The notes beneath the pieces were generated by a model that worked only from the letters and a program-made list of their open reading frames with translations, was not told the origin of the DNA and ran no database searches. The position numbers were made by a program, and so were the translations under genes. A stretch of 64,000 nt of DNA from contig CM059431.1 in NCBI GenBank assembly GCA_030390025.1, forward strand, positions 158,722,001-158,786,000. Direction: 5' to 3'. The stretch's first letter is position 1, and each line of letters opens with the position of its first letter. Shown here in pieces: positions 1 through 11,584 of this stretch. The DNA is from Squalus acanthias (Eukaryota).

Positions 1-314
1 CGGAGGCGTCGGACCTGTGAGGAAGCGAAGGAGAGCTGAGGACAAAAGGTAAGCCCGAGGCGGCAGCGAGGCCTAGAGCAGCAGCGGGAGCAGCGGCGGA
101 GGCGGACCTGTTTTGTGCTGTTATAGTGCGGGTCGCAGTGGTTGCTGGGTAAGTGATAATTTTTTACCTACATATAAGTTGGGCAGCTCCTAAATCCGAG
201 ACACTACACTTGTATTGTCCCCCACCCTTCCACCTCCTCTAACCTAAAGGGGGTTAGTGAATATCAAGTAAGCTCTTTCTTGTTCTAGTTTAATCCGCAA
301 GTTAGCTGGGGGGG

Positions 315-1239
315 ATGGCAGGGGAGTCAGTGAAATGTTCCTCCTGCAGAATGTTTGAGGTGAGGGATGCCGTCGGTGTCCCTGCTGATTACACCTGTGG
401 GAAGTGCACCCATCTCCAGCTCCTCGAAAACCACGTTAGGGAACTGGAGCTGGAGCTGGATGAACTTCGGATCATTCGGGAGGCAGAGGTGGTCATAGAT
501 AGAAGCTTCAGGGATGTAGTTACTCCAAAGAATGAAGATAGATGGGTGACGGTGAGAGGGGCTAGGAGGAAGCAGTCAGTGCAGGGATCCTATTTGGTCG
601 TTACCCTCATTAACAACTATACCGCTTTGGATACTGTTGAGGGGGACGACCTACCAGTGGTAAGCCACGGTGACCAGATCTCCGGCGCTGAGTCCGTCCC
701 TGTGGCTCAGAAGGGAAGGGGGGAGAGCAGGAGAGCATTATTAATTGGGACTCAATAGTCAGAGGGACAGATAGGAGGTTCTGTGGCAGCAAAAGAGACT
801 CACGGATGGTATGTTGCCTCCCGGGTGCCAGGGTCCGTGACGTCTCCGACCGTGTTTTCAGAATCCTCAAGGGGGAGGGGGAACAATCACAAGTCGTGGT
901 ACACATCGGTACCAACGACATAGGTAGGAGAAGGGACGGGGATTTAAAACAGGAATTTATTGAGCTAGGTTGGAAGCTCAGAGCCAGTACAAACCATGCT
1001 GTAATCTCTGGTTTGTTGCCGGTGCCACGTGTTAGCGAGTTGAGGAACCGGGAGAGAGTGCAGATAAATACGCGGCTGCAGGGATGGTGTAGGGTGGAGG
1101 GTTTCAGTTATGTGGATAATTGGTGCACATTCTGGGGAAGGTGGGACCTGTACAAACAGGACGGTTTCCACCTGTCCAGAAGGGCACAAATATCCTGGGA
1201 GGGAAATTTGCTACGGCTCTTCGAGGGGGTTTAAACTAA
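315..1239 (+). pseudogene. CR1 ORF1 (SGNH esterase type), frameshifted
   Basis: ORFs 315-758 and 806-1234 match the intact ORF1 at 11585-12511; indels at the GDS motif (~745) and after DGFHL (~1175). Confidence 0.9.
1230..1236 (+). promoter_or_regulatory. Candidate -1 frameshift slippery heptamer T_TTA_AAC at ORF1 end (copy A)
   Basis: GGG GGT TTA AAC TAA; this copy is 1 nt shorter than copy B ~25 nt downstream, so its endonuclease is not in the -1 frame. Confidence 0.55.
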
Positions 1240-3151
1240 TTTGTCAGGGGGATGGACAAAGGGCTGTAGTCTAGGAGCCAGTGGTGATTGTAGGGAGGTA
1301 CTGAGGAGGGTATCAAGGTCGCAGGAATGTACCGGCAGACAGGAATGTGGCTTGAAGTGTGTCTACTTCAATGCAAGGAGCATCCGGAATAAGGTAGGAG
1401 AACTTGGAGCGTGGATTGGTACTTGGGACTACGATGTGGTGGCTATTACGGAGACATGGTTAGAACAGGGACAGGAATGGTTGTTGGAAGTTCCGGGGTA
1501 TAGATGTTTCAGTAAGTGTAGGGAAGGTGGTAAGAAAGTTGGAGGAGTAGCATTGTTAATCAAGGATAGTTTAACAGCGGCAGAAAGGCAGTTCGAGGGG
1601 TATCTGCCGTCTGAGGTAATATGGGCTGAATTTAGAAATAGGAAAGGAGCGGCATCGTTGTTCGGAGTCTTCTACAGGCCCCCAAATAGTAATAGAGATG
1701 TGGAGGAAGAAATTGCAAAGCAGATTATGAATAGAGTAGTTGTCATGGGTGACTTCAACTTTCCAAATATTGATTGGAACCTTTATAGGTAAAACAGTTC
1801 GGATGGGATAGTTTTTGCACAGTGTGTGCAGGAGGGTTTCCTGACACAATATGTGGATAGGCCGACAAGAGGTGGGGCCACATTGGATTTGGTACTGGGT
1901 AATGAACCGGGCCAAGTGTTTGATTTGTATGTGGGAGAGCACTTTGGAGATAGTGACCACAATTCGCTGACTTTCACTATTGCAATGGAGAGGGATAGGG
2001 CCATACGGCAGGGCAGGGTTTATAATTGGGGGAGGGGTAATTATGATGCGATTAGGCAAGAATTAGGGACCATAAGATGGGAACAGAAACAATCAGGGAA
2101 AGGCACAAACGAAAAGTGGAGCTTTTTCATGGAGCAATTACTGCGTGTCCTTGATAGGTATGTCCCTGCCAGACAGGGACGAAATGGCCGAGTGAGAGAA
2201 GCATGGTTCACAAAAGAGGTTGAATGTCTAGTCAAGAGGAAAAAGGAAGCGTATGTAAGGATGAGAAAACAAGGTTCAGTTGGGTCGATTGAGGGGTACA
2301 AGGTAGCAAGGAATGAGCTAAAAAAAGAGCTTAGGAGAGCTCGGAGGGGGCATGAGAAGTCCTTGGCGGGTCGGATCAAGGAAAACCCAAAGGCTTTTTA
2401 CTCTTATGTGAGAAATAAAAGAATGACCAGGGTGAGGGTAGGGCCGGTCAAGGACAGTAGTGGGAACTTGTGCATGGAGTCAGAACAGATAGGAGAGGTG
2501 ATGAATGAATACTTTTCGTCAGTGTTCACGGAGGAGAGGGGCCATGCTTTTGAGGATGAGCGTGTGATAAAGGTGGATAGGCTGGAGGAGGTAGATGTTC
2601 TGAGGGAAGATGTTTTAGCAATTTTGAAGAACCTGAGGGTCGATAAGTCCCCTGGGCCAGATGGGATATATCCTAGGATTCTTTGGGAGGCAAGGGAGGA
2701 GATTGCAGAGCCTTTGGCTTTGATTTTTGGGTCCTCACTGTCCACGGGGATGATGCCAGAGGACTGCAGAGTGGCGAATGTTGTTTCTCTCTTCAAGAAA
2801 GGAAATAGGAATGACCCTGGTAATTATAGTCCGGTCAGTCTTACTTCGGTGGTTGTTAAGATAATCGAAAAGGTCCTGAGGGTTAGGAATTATGAACATT
2901 TGGAAAGATGCAACTTAATCCGGGATAGTCAACACGGATTCGTGAAGGGTAAGTCTTGCTAACAAATTTGATTGAATTATTTGAGGAGGTAACTAAGTGT
3001 GTAGATGAAGGTAGAGCAGTTGATGTCGTATATATGGATTTTAGTAAGGCGTTTGATAAGGTTCCCCATGGTCGGCTCATGAAGAAAGTAAGGAGTTGTG
3101 GGATAGAGGGAAATTTGGCCGATTGGATAAGTAACTGGCTATCTCATAGAA

Positions 3152-3242
3152 TTGAGAGGTCGCACAACACCAGGTTATAGTCCAACAGTTTTATTTGAAA
3201 TCACAAGCTTTCGGAGCTATCGATTGCTCCTTCCTCAGGTGA
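3152..3242 (-). mobile_element. Penelope-like element terminal (pLTR) fragment inserted in the CR1 RT
   Basis: Absent from copy B (CTCATAGAAGGCAGAG at 14415-14430); flanked by GAA; same sequence family as 47286-47353; contains a hammerhead core. Confidence 0.8.
3201..3242 (-). ncRNA. Minimal type I hammerhead ribozyme motif
   Basis: Minus strand TCAC CTGAGGA A GGAGC AATCGATA GCTCC GAAA GC TT GTGA: CUGANGA and GAAA cores, stem I TCAC/GTGA, stem II GGAGC/GCTCC, palindromic mini stem III. Confidence 0.75.
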
Positions 3243-4295
3243 AGGCAGAGGGTGGTGATGGATGGAAAATTTTCGGACTGGAAACCTGTTACCAGCAGTG
3301 TGCCACAGGGGTCGGTGCTGGGTACTCTGCTGTTTGTGATTTTTATCAATGACTTGGAGGAGGGGACTGAAGGGTGGATCAGTAAATTTGCTGATGACAC
3401 CAAGATTGGTGGAGTAGTGGATGAGGTGGAGGGCTGTTGTAGGCTGCAAAGAGACATTGATAGGATGAAGAGCTGGGCCGAAAAATGGCAGATGGAATTT
3501 AACCCTGATAAGTGCGAGGTGATTCATTTTGGCAGGGCAAATTTGAATAAGGAGTACAGGGTCAACGGCAGGGTTCTGAGGAACGTGAAGGAACAGAGGG
3601 ATCTGGTGGTTCATATCCACAGATCTCTGAAGGTTGCCACTCAAGTGGATAGAGCAGTAAAGAAGGCCAATAGTGTGTTAGCGTTTATTAACAAGGGGTT
3701 TGATTTTAAGAACCGTGAGGTTATGCTGCAACTGTACAGGACCTTGGTGAGACCACATTTGAAATATTGTGTGCAGTTCTGGTCACCTCACTATAGGAAG
3801 GACGTGGAACCATTGGAAAGAGTGCAAAGGAGATTTACCAGGATGCTGCCTGGTTTGCGGGGGGAGGTTTTGTGAGGAAAGATTGAGGGAGCTAGGGCTT
3901 TTCTCTTTAAAGCGGAGGAGGATGAGAGGCGACTTAACAGAGGTTGATAAGATGATGAGGGGGATAGATAGAGTGGATGTTCAGAGACTATTTCCTCGGG
4001 TGGATGTAGCTGTTACAAGGGGGCATAACTATAAGGTGCATAGGGGGAGATATAGAACGGATGTCCGAGGTAGATTCTTTACTCAGAGAGTGGTAGGGGT
4101 GTGGAATGGACTGCCTGCTGTGATAGTGGAGTCGGACACTTTAGGAACTTTCAAGCGGTTATTGGATAAGCAAATGGAGCAAACCAGAATGATAGGGAGT
4201 GGGATTGTTTGATCTTGGTTTCGGACAATGCTCGGCACAACATCGAGGGCCGAAGGGCCTGTACTGTGCTGTACTCTTCTATGTTCTATGTTCTA

Positions 4296-6488
4296 TATTA
4301 AAATCGGCCTTCCCCCAATTTAGAACCTTTATCTCCGTTCCATCTTTGTCCTTTTCCATGACTACCTTAAATCTCTCCGAATTACGGTCACTGTCACCAA
4401 AATGCTCTCCGACAGACACTTCTACCACTTGCCCGGCTGCATTCCCTAGAATTAGTTTTAGTACCGCCCCCTCTCTTGTCGGACTTGCTACAAACTGTCT
4501 CAAAAAGCTCTCCTGGATGCACTTTAAGAATTATGCACCCTCTAAGCCTTTCACACTCTGACTATCCCAGTTAATATTGGGGAAGTTGAAAAACCCTACT
4601 ATTATTACCCTATTATATCTACACTTCTCTGAGATTTGCCTACATATCTGTTCTTCTATTGCCCCTGAATGTTTGGGGCCTATTGTACACTCCTAGGAAA
4701 GTGCTTGCCCCCTTTTTGTTTTTATGTTCTACCCATATGGCCTCATGAGAGGAACCTGCTATGTTATCTTCCCTCCTTACTGCAGTAATTGACTCCTTGA
4801 TTAATATTCCGACACCCACTCCTCTTTTACACACACATCTGTCTTGCCTGGAGATTCTATACACCGTAATAATGATCTTCCAGTCCTGGCACTCCCTCAA
4901 CCTTGTCTGCGTGATAGCAACAATATCATACTCCCATGTGTTCATCAACAACTTCAATTTATCTGCCTTACTCGCAAGACTACTTGCATTGAAATGAATG
5001 CCCGCCAGACTTGCCATACTCACTTGTGCCGTTACATATTTGCTCTGACTTCCAAACTGACTTGTTTTTTCCTCTATATTTGGCTGCGCATCACGCCCTA
5101 CTACAGCTCCACTCCGTATCCCATCCCCCTGCCAAGTTAGTTTAAATTCCCCCTAACAGCACTAGCAAACCTCCCCGCAAGAATATTGGTCCTGGTGCAA
5201 CCCGGTCGACTTGTACAGGGCCCACCTTCCCCAGAAACAGACACAACGTTCTAGGAAACTAAAGCCCTCCCTCCTGCATTAACTCTTTCGCCTCGCATTC
5301 ATCTGCTCTATCCTCCTATTCCTATACTCACTAGCACGTGGCACCGGCAGTAATCCAGTGATTACAACCTTTTCGGTCCTACTTTTTAATCTGCTACCTA
5401 GCTCCCTAAATTCTTGTTGCAGGACCTCATCTATCTTTCTATCTATGTCGTTGGTACCAATATGAACCACGACCTCGTACTTTTCGCACGGCCCCTTCAG
5501 AATGCACTGCAGCCGTTTAGTTACATCCTTGACCCTGGCACGAGGGAGGCAACTTACCATCCTGGAGTCACGTCTGCGGCCACAGAAACGCCTGTCTGCA
5601 CTCCTCACTATTGCGTCTCCTACCACTATTGCACTTCCACTTTTACTCCTCCCCCCTTGTGCAGCTGAACCACCCACAGTGCAGTGAACTTGGATCTGGC
5701 TGCTCTTCCCAGAGGAACTGTCACTTTCACGCGTTGCCTACACGGAATAACAGTTGTTGAGTGAGATGCACTCTGGGGGTTTCCTGACTACTGGCCTGCC
5801 TCCCGTCTTCTGACTGGTGTCTCCCATTCCCTCTCTTACTGCACTTTCTAATTCTGCGGAGTGACCACGTCCAAAAACGTGCTATCCATGTAAGTCTGAG
5901 CTCGCGCATACACCGCAGTGCCTCCAGCTGATGCTCGAGCTCCGAAAACCGGATCTCCAGTTGGCCAATCCATTGGCACTTACTGCACATGTGGTCATCC
6001 TGACTGCAAGAAGCGTCTAGGAATACCCACATGCTGCAGGACGTGGAACGCACGGGACTGAGGTCCCCTGCCATAACCTTAATTAAAAAACTCTTGCCTC
6101 AAATTTAAACTCTCGGATTCTCGCTCTCCCGAACTACATTAACTGTGAAATACCTTACAAAAATATACTTAAAAGTGATGAAAAAAAAACACTCGACCAC
6201 TATTCACTCATCAGCTTCTTCCCCTTCGCCGACGTCACTTTGGAATACGTATGTATTTCAATCTACACCAAGGCACTTAAATTTAGACGCCCAAGTTTAG
6301 AAAAAAGCGAGAAATAGAGTAATACTCATCAACCAATCATTTACCTGATTACTGTTGACGTGACACTTCGATTACTTTTTACTTCTTTACACTCACCGGT
6401 CCTTTGTATCTCAGCCACTCCCGCTGCTTTTACTGCCGCCGAAGTCTCGTGCTCTCCAGCCGCTCCCGCTGCTTTTACTGCCACCGAA
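4296..6488 (-). mobile_element. CR1-clade LINE family M, 5' part (copy 1), interrupted by copy A
   Basis: ORF1 pieces 5727-6074 (Zn finger, coiled coil) and 5279-5677 (VVGDAIV, GTND); endonuclease pieces 4640-5023 and 4279-4503; colinear with 28224-30400. Confidence 0.9.
5140..5146 (-). promoter_or_regulatory. Candidate -1 frameshift slippery heptamer (family M copy 1)
   Basis: Minus strand GGG AAT TTA AAC TAA; the -1 frame (FKLTWQGDGIRS...) is open into the endonuclease ORF 4640-5023. Confidence 0.7.
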
Positions 6489-6516
6489 TACTGACACATT
6501 TTCATTTCATTTTTTT

Positions 6517-7010
6517 CAACCCCAGTACCCTCTCTGACCAGCCCCAACACCCTCTCTCACCAGCCCCAACACCCTCAATGACCAGCCCCGACATTATCAC
6601 TGACCCAGCTCCACAAAGACAACCCACTCACGCAGGCAAGCACCGAAACCCCACTGAACCAGGCCAACACCGACACCCCACTGACACAACCCTACACCGA
6701 CACCCCACTGACACAGCCACACTCCGAAAACCCATAGACCCATTCCCCAGACCAACACACCACTGTCCCAGCCCAACACCGACACCCCACTTTCCCAGTC
6801 CTACACCGATACCCCACTGACATATACCAACACTGACACACTCACTGACCCAACATCGACACCCCACTGACATTGCCCAAGACCGGCACCCCACTGAGCC
6901 AGCCCTACACTGACACCCGACTCACCCAAACCAACACCGACACCCCACTCACCCTGCCCAACACTGCACTTACCCAACTAGAAAATGACAATGCACGGAC
7001 CCAGCCCCAC
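6517..7010. repeat. C/A-rich CACTGACCCAGCCC minisatellite, short array 1
   Basis: 23-bp then 27-bp units; start is colinear with 20085-20240. Confidence 0.9.
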
Positions 7011-7018
7011 CCCGCGGA

Positions 7019-7196
7019 ATGGCATTGCACCGTGTCTGGCACAAGAGGGCGGGTGGAGTACTCTAGGGCATTAAGCACGCAGGCTGGCACTTTAGCTAAT
7101 CTGGCAGGAATTTGCGGACTCGCTGAATGTGCTGAAATATATCTGCACGTCCCAGGGACTGATGCCGAATGAGATGACGTACAGCAAAGATCCTGG
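7019..7196. other. Non-TE conserved block X, copy 1
   Basis: GCATTGCACCGTGTCTGGCACAAGA...CAGCAAAGATCC recurs at 26047, 38869 and 60446. Confidence 0.8.
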
Positions 7197-8668
7197 CTGG
7201 GTTCCTGCCTCTACCACCCTTTCGGGCAGTGAATTCCAGATTCCAACCACCCCCTGGGTGAAAAAGGTTTTGGTCAAATCCCCTTTAAACCCACTGCCAC
7301 TTATGTTGAAACTATGGCACCTGGTTATTGACCCCGCTTCTATGGGGAAAAGTTCCTTTCTATATACCCTATCTATTCCCCTTATAATTTTGCACACCTC
7401 AATCAGGTACCCGCCCCCACCCCCCAGCCTTCGCTGCTCTAAGGAAAACAACCCCAGCCTGTCCAGTCTCTCTTCATAGCTAAAGCGCTCTGGCCCAAGT
7501 AACATCCTGGTAAATCTCCTCTGCACCCTTTCCAAAGCAATCACGTTCTTCCTATAGTTTGGCGACCAGAACTGCCCACAGTATTCCAGCTGTGGTCTAA
7601 CTAACGTTTTGTACAGTTCCATCATAACCTTCCTGCTTTTAAATTCTATGCCTCGGCTAATGAAGGCAAGTATCCCATATGCCTTTCAATCCATCTTATC
7701 TAACTGTCCTCCTGCCTTCAGAGATCTATGTATATGCACGCTAAGGTTCCTCTGATCCTCTGTTCTTCCTACGGTCCTACCTTTCATTATGTATACCCTT
7801 GCCTTCTTAGTCCTCTCAAAATGCATCACCTCACAACTTTCAGGGTTAAATTCCATTTGCCACTGTTCTGCTCATCTGACCAACCCGTCTATATCGTCCT
7901 GTAGACTGAGGCTTCCCTCCTCGCTATTTACCAGCAATTTTCGTGTCATCTGCCAACTTACTGATCATACCTCCTACATACATAACTAAATCATTAATGT
8001 ACACTACAAACAGCAAGGGACCAAGCACCGAACCCTGCGGTACACCACTGGACACAGGCCTCCAGTCACAAAAACAACCTTCGACCTCACCCTCTGCCTC
8101 CTGCCACTAAGCCAATTTTGGATCCAATATACCAAATTGCCCTGGATCCCATGGGCTCTTAACTACTTGACCAGTCTCCCATGCAGGACTTTGTCAAAAG
8201 CCTTACTGAAGTCCATGTAGACTACATCAACTGCACAACTCTCATCCACACACCTAGTTACCACTCGAAAAATTCAATCAAATTGGTTAGACATGATCTC
8301 CCCTGACAAAGCCGTGCTGACTATACTTGATTAATTATTGCCTCTCGAAGTGAAGAATAATTCTGTCACTCAGAATTGTTTCCAATAATTTCCCTACCAC
8401 TGATGTTAGGCTCACTGGTCTGCAGTTCGCTGCTTTATCCCTACTACTCTTCTTGAATAATGGTACTACGTTAGCTGACCTCCAGCCCACTGGCTCTTCC
8501 CGTGTGGCCAGAGAGTTTCTGAAAATTTGTGTCAGATCCCCTGCAATCTCCTCCATGCCTCACAGAGCATCCTGGGATACATCCCGTCTGGGCCTGGTGA
8601 TTTATCCATATTTAAGCCGACTAAAACCGCTAGTGCCTCCTCCCTCTCAGTGATAATTTGTTCAAGTA

Positions 8669-10633
8669 AATGAGGCTAAAGTAAATGTTGGTCCCTTAGA
8701 GGATGAGTCCGGGAAATTAATGGTGGGAAATATAGAGATGGCAAAAACACTGAATGAATATTTTGTATCAGTCTTTACAGTAGAGGACACTAAGAATATC
8801 CCGAAACTGGACAAATTGGGAGCTATAGGGGGAGAGGAGCTAAACACGATCAAAATCACTAAGGAAGTGGTACTCGGTAAAATAATGGGACACAAGGCGG
8901 ATAAATCACCTGGACCTGATGGCTTACATCCTAGAGTCTTGAAGGAAGTGGCGGTAGGGATTGTAGATGCATTGGTAATAATTTTTCAAAACTCCCTGGA
9001 TTCCGCTAAGGTCCCGGCAGACTGGAAAACTGCTAATGTAACACCCTTATTTAAAAAGGGCAGTAGACAGAAGGCTGGTAACTATAGACCGGTTAGCCTA
9101 ACATCTGTGGTAGGTAAAATTTTGGAGTCCATTATTAAGGAAACAGTAACAGGACATTTGGATAATCATAATTTAATAGGACAAAGTCAGCATGGTTTTA
9201 CGAAGGGGAAGTCATGTTTGACAAATTTGCTGGAGTTCTTTGAGGAAGTAACATATAGAGTGGATAAAGGGGAACCAGTGGACGTAGTGTATTTAGACTT
9301 CCAAAAGGCATTTGACAAGGTGCCACACAAAAGATTATTGCTTAAGGTAAAAAATCACGGGATTGGGGGTAATATTCTGGCATGGATAGAGGATTGGCTA
9401 TCTAACAGAAAGCAAAAAGTTGGGATAAATGGTTCATTCTCAGACTGGCAATCAGTAACTAGTGGTGTTCCACAGGGGTCAGTGCTGGGTCCCCAACTCT
9501 TTACAATCTATATTAACGATTTGGAGGAAGGGACCAAGTGTAACATATCAAAATTTGCAGATGATACAAAGATGGGAGGGAAAGTAGTGAGTGAGGAGGA
9601 CATAAAAAACATGCAAGGGGACATAGACAGGCTAAGTAAGTGGGCAGAGATTTGGCAGATGGAATACAACACTGGAAAGTGTGAGGTGATGCACTTTGGC
9701 AGGAAAAATCCTAGAGCAATTTATTATCTTAATGGCAAGAAACTGGAGAGTACTGAAGTGCAAAGGGATCTGGGGGTGCTGGCACACGAAACTCAAAAGG
9801 TTAGTATGCAGGTGCAGCAAGTGATTAAGAAGGCAAATGGAATGTTGGCTTTCATTGCTCGGGGAATAGAATATAAAAATAGGCAGGTATTGCTTCAGTT
9901 GTACAAGGTATTGGTGAGACCGCACCTGGAATACTGCATACAGTTTTGGTGTCCTTACTTAAGGAAAGACATCCTTGCTCTCGAGGCAGTGCAAAAAAGG
10001 TTCACTCGGTTAATCCCGGGGATGAGGGGGTGGTCATATGAGGAGAGGTTGTGTAGATTGGGACTCTACTCATTGGAGTTCAGAAGAATGAGAGGCGATC
10101 TTATTGAAACATATAAGATTGTGAAGGGGTTGGATCGGGTGGATGTGGGGAGGAAGTTCCCGATGACGGGTGAGACTAGAACTAGGGGACATAGTCTTAG
10201 AATAAGGGGCTGCTCTTTCAAAACTGAGATGAGGAGGAACTACTTCACTCAGAGGGTGGTCGGTCCATGGAATATGCTGCCAGAAAAAGCTGTAGAAGCT
10301 ACATCATTAAATACATTTAAAACAGAAATAGACAGTTTCCTAGAAGTAAAGGGCATTAAGGGTTACGGGGAGCGGGCAGGAATTTGGACATGAGTCTAGG
10401 TTCGGATCGGTCATGGCCCTGTGGGTAGTGGAGCGGGCCCAGGGACCGTGTAGCCTGATTCTGCTCCTATTTCGTGTGTGCAATTCTGTTAGATGCAGGA
10501 GATGGTTCTGTGATAGATAGTAGATTGGCGGTTAGGATCAGATCAGCCATGATCTTATTGAATGGCGGAGCAGACTCGAGGGGCCGATTGGCCTACTCCT
10601 GCTCCTATTTCTTATGTTCTTATGTTATGTTCT
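8669..10633 (+). mobile_element. 5'-truncated CR1 family C insertion
   Basis: AAGTA duplicated at 8664-8668 and 10634-10638; empty site at ~27687; TTCTTATG tail; nearly identical to 51487-53431. Confidence 0.93.
8720..10393 (+). CDS. Open CR1 ORF2 RT domain and C-terminus (no endonuclease; expression not shown)
   Basis: 557-aa uninterrupted ORF with [38 protein letters not shown]. Confidence 0.8.
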   Translation: MVGNIEMAKTLNEYFVSVFTVEDTKNIPKLDKLGAIGGEELNTIKITKEVVLGKIMGHKADKSPGPDGLHPRVLKEVAVGIVDALVIIFQNSLDSAKVPADWKTANVTPLFKKGSRQKAGNYRPVSLTSVVGKILESIIKETVTGHLDNHNLIGQSQHGFTKGKSCLTNLLEFFEEVTYRVDKGEPVDVVYLDFQKAFDKVPHKRLLLKVKNHGIGGNILAWIEDWLSNRKQKVGINGSFSDWQSVTSGVPQGSVLGPQLFTIYINDLEEGTKCNISKFADDTKMGGKVVSEEDIKNMQGDIDRLSKWAEIWQMEYNTGKCEVMHFGRKNPRAIYYLNGKKLESTEVQRDLGVLAHETQKVSMQVQQVIKKANGMLAFIARGIEYKNRQVLLQLYKVLVRPHLEYCIQFWCPYLRKDILALEAVQKRFTRLIPGMRGWSYEERLCRLGLYSLEFRRMRGDLIETYKIVKGLDRVDVGRKFPMTGETRTRGHSLRIRGCSFKTEMRRNYFTQRVVGPWNMLPEKAVEATSLNTFKTEIDSFLEVKGIKGYGERAGIWT

Positions 10634-11170
10634 AAGTATATTACAACACCCCTGCCTGATTTATATGCCTACTTCGTCCTTCTCTATAATGAACACAGAT
10701 GCAAAATATTAATTTAAAACCTCACCTACATATTCCGGCTCTGCACACAGATTGCCACTTTTGTCGCAAATGGGCCCTACTCTTTCCATGGTTACCCTCT
10801 TGCCCTTAATATACTTATAAAACACCTTGGGTTATTCCTTTAGTTTGCACACCAGTGTTTTTTATTGATCCCTCTTCGCACTCCTAATTTCTTTCTCAAG
10901 TACCCTTCTGCACATTCTATACTCCTCTCGGGCTTCCACTGTTTTTGGTCCTTTGTATCTGCCAAAAGGCTCCATTTTTTTCCTAAATCCATTCTTGTAT
11001 ATCCCTTGACATCCAGGATTCCCTGGCTTTGTTGGTCCCACCCTTGACTTTTACGGGAACATGTTGGAACTGTACTCTCTCTATTTCCTTTCTGAATAAC
11101 TCCCACTGCTCTGATATGGATTTCCTACAAGTAGCTGATCCCAGTCCATTTGGAAAGATCCTCCCTTATC

Positions 11171-11348
11171 AGCGCGGCGGCGGAGGCGGCGGACCTGTGA
11201 GGGAGCGGAGGAGAGCGGAGTACAAAATGTAAGCCCGAGGCGGCAGCGAGGCCTAGAGCAGCGCGGCGGCGGAGGCGGCGGACCTGTGAGGGAGCGGAGG
11301 AGAGCGGAGTACAAAAGGTAAGCCCGAGGTGGCAGCGAGGCCTAGAGC
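11171..11348 (+). repeat. Two tandem 89-bp GC-rich monomers at the CR1 5' end
   Basis: AGCGCGGCGGCGGAGGCGGCGGACCTGTGAGGGAGCGG... starts at 11171 and 11260. Confidence 0.9.
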
Positions 11349-11584
11349 TACGCGGGAGCAGTGGCGAAGGCGGACCAGTTGAGTGCTTTTATAATGCGGG
11401 TCGCAGTGGTTGCTGGGTAAGTGATTAATTTTTACCTATATATAAATTGGGCTGGTTCCTTAACCCGAGACACTACACTTGTAGTGTCCCCCACCCTTCC
11501 ACCTCCTCCAACCTAAATGGGATGAGTGAATATCAGATAAGCTCTTCCTTGTTCCTATTTTAACCCGCAAGTTAGCTGGGAGGG

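Larger units (their letters stand above)
1230..4212 (+). pseudogene. CR1 ORF2 (APE endonuclease + reverse transcriptase), disrupted
   Basis: Fragments 1241-1792, 1826-2962, 2956-3180, 3252-3875, 3769-4212; TAA at 1790 is TCA in copy B; 92-bp insertion at ~3152. Confidence 0.93.
1..4295 (+). mobile_element. CR1-clade LINE, family A/B, near full length, decayed (copy A)
   Basis: GC-rich 5' UTR, ORF1 (Zn-finger/coiled coil/SGNH esterase), APE endonuclease (YFNARSI, AITETW, YRPP, MGDFN, SDH), RT (QHGF, DFSKAFD, PQGSVLG, FADDTK), 3' (TTCTATG)n tail ending ~4295. Confidence 0.95.

Noticed and set aside
1232..1247. ACTAAT...CAG as branch point and acceptor for a spliced ORF2 mRNA
   Set aside because: Branch-to-AG distance is only ~8 nt with no pyrimidine tract; the frameshift reading explains the conservation better
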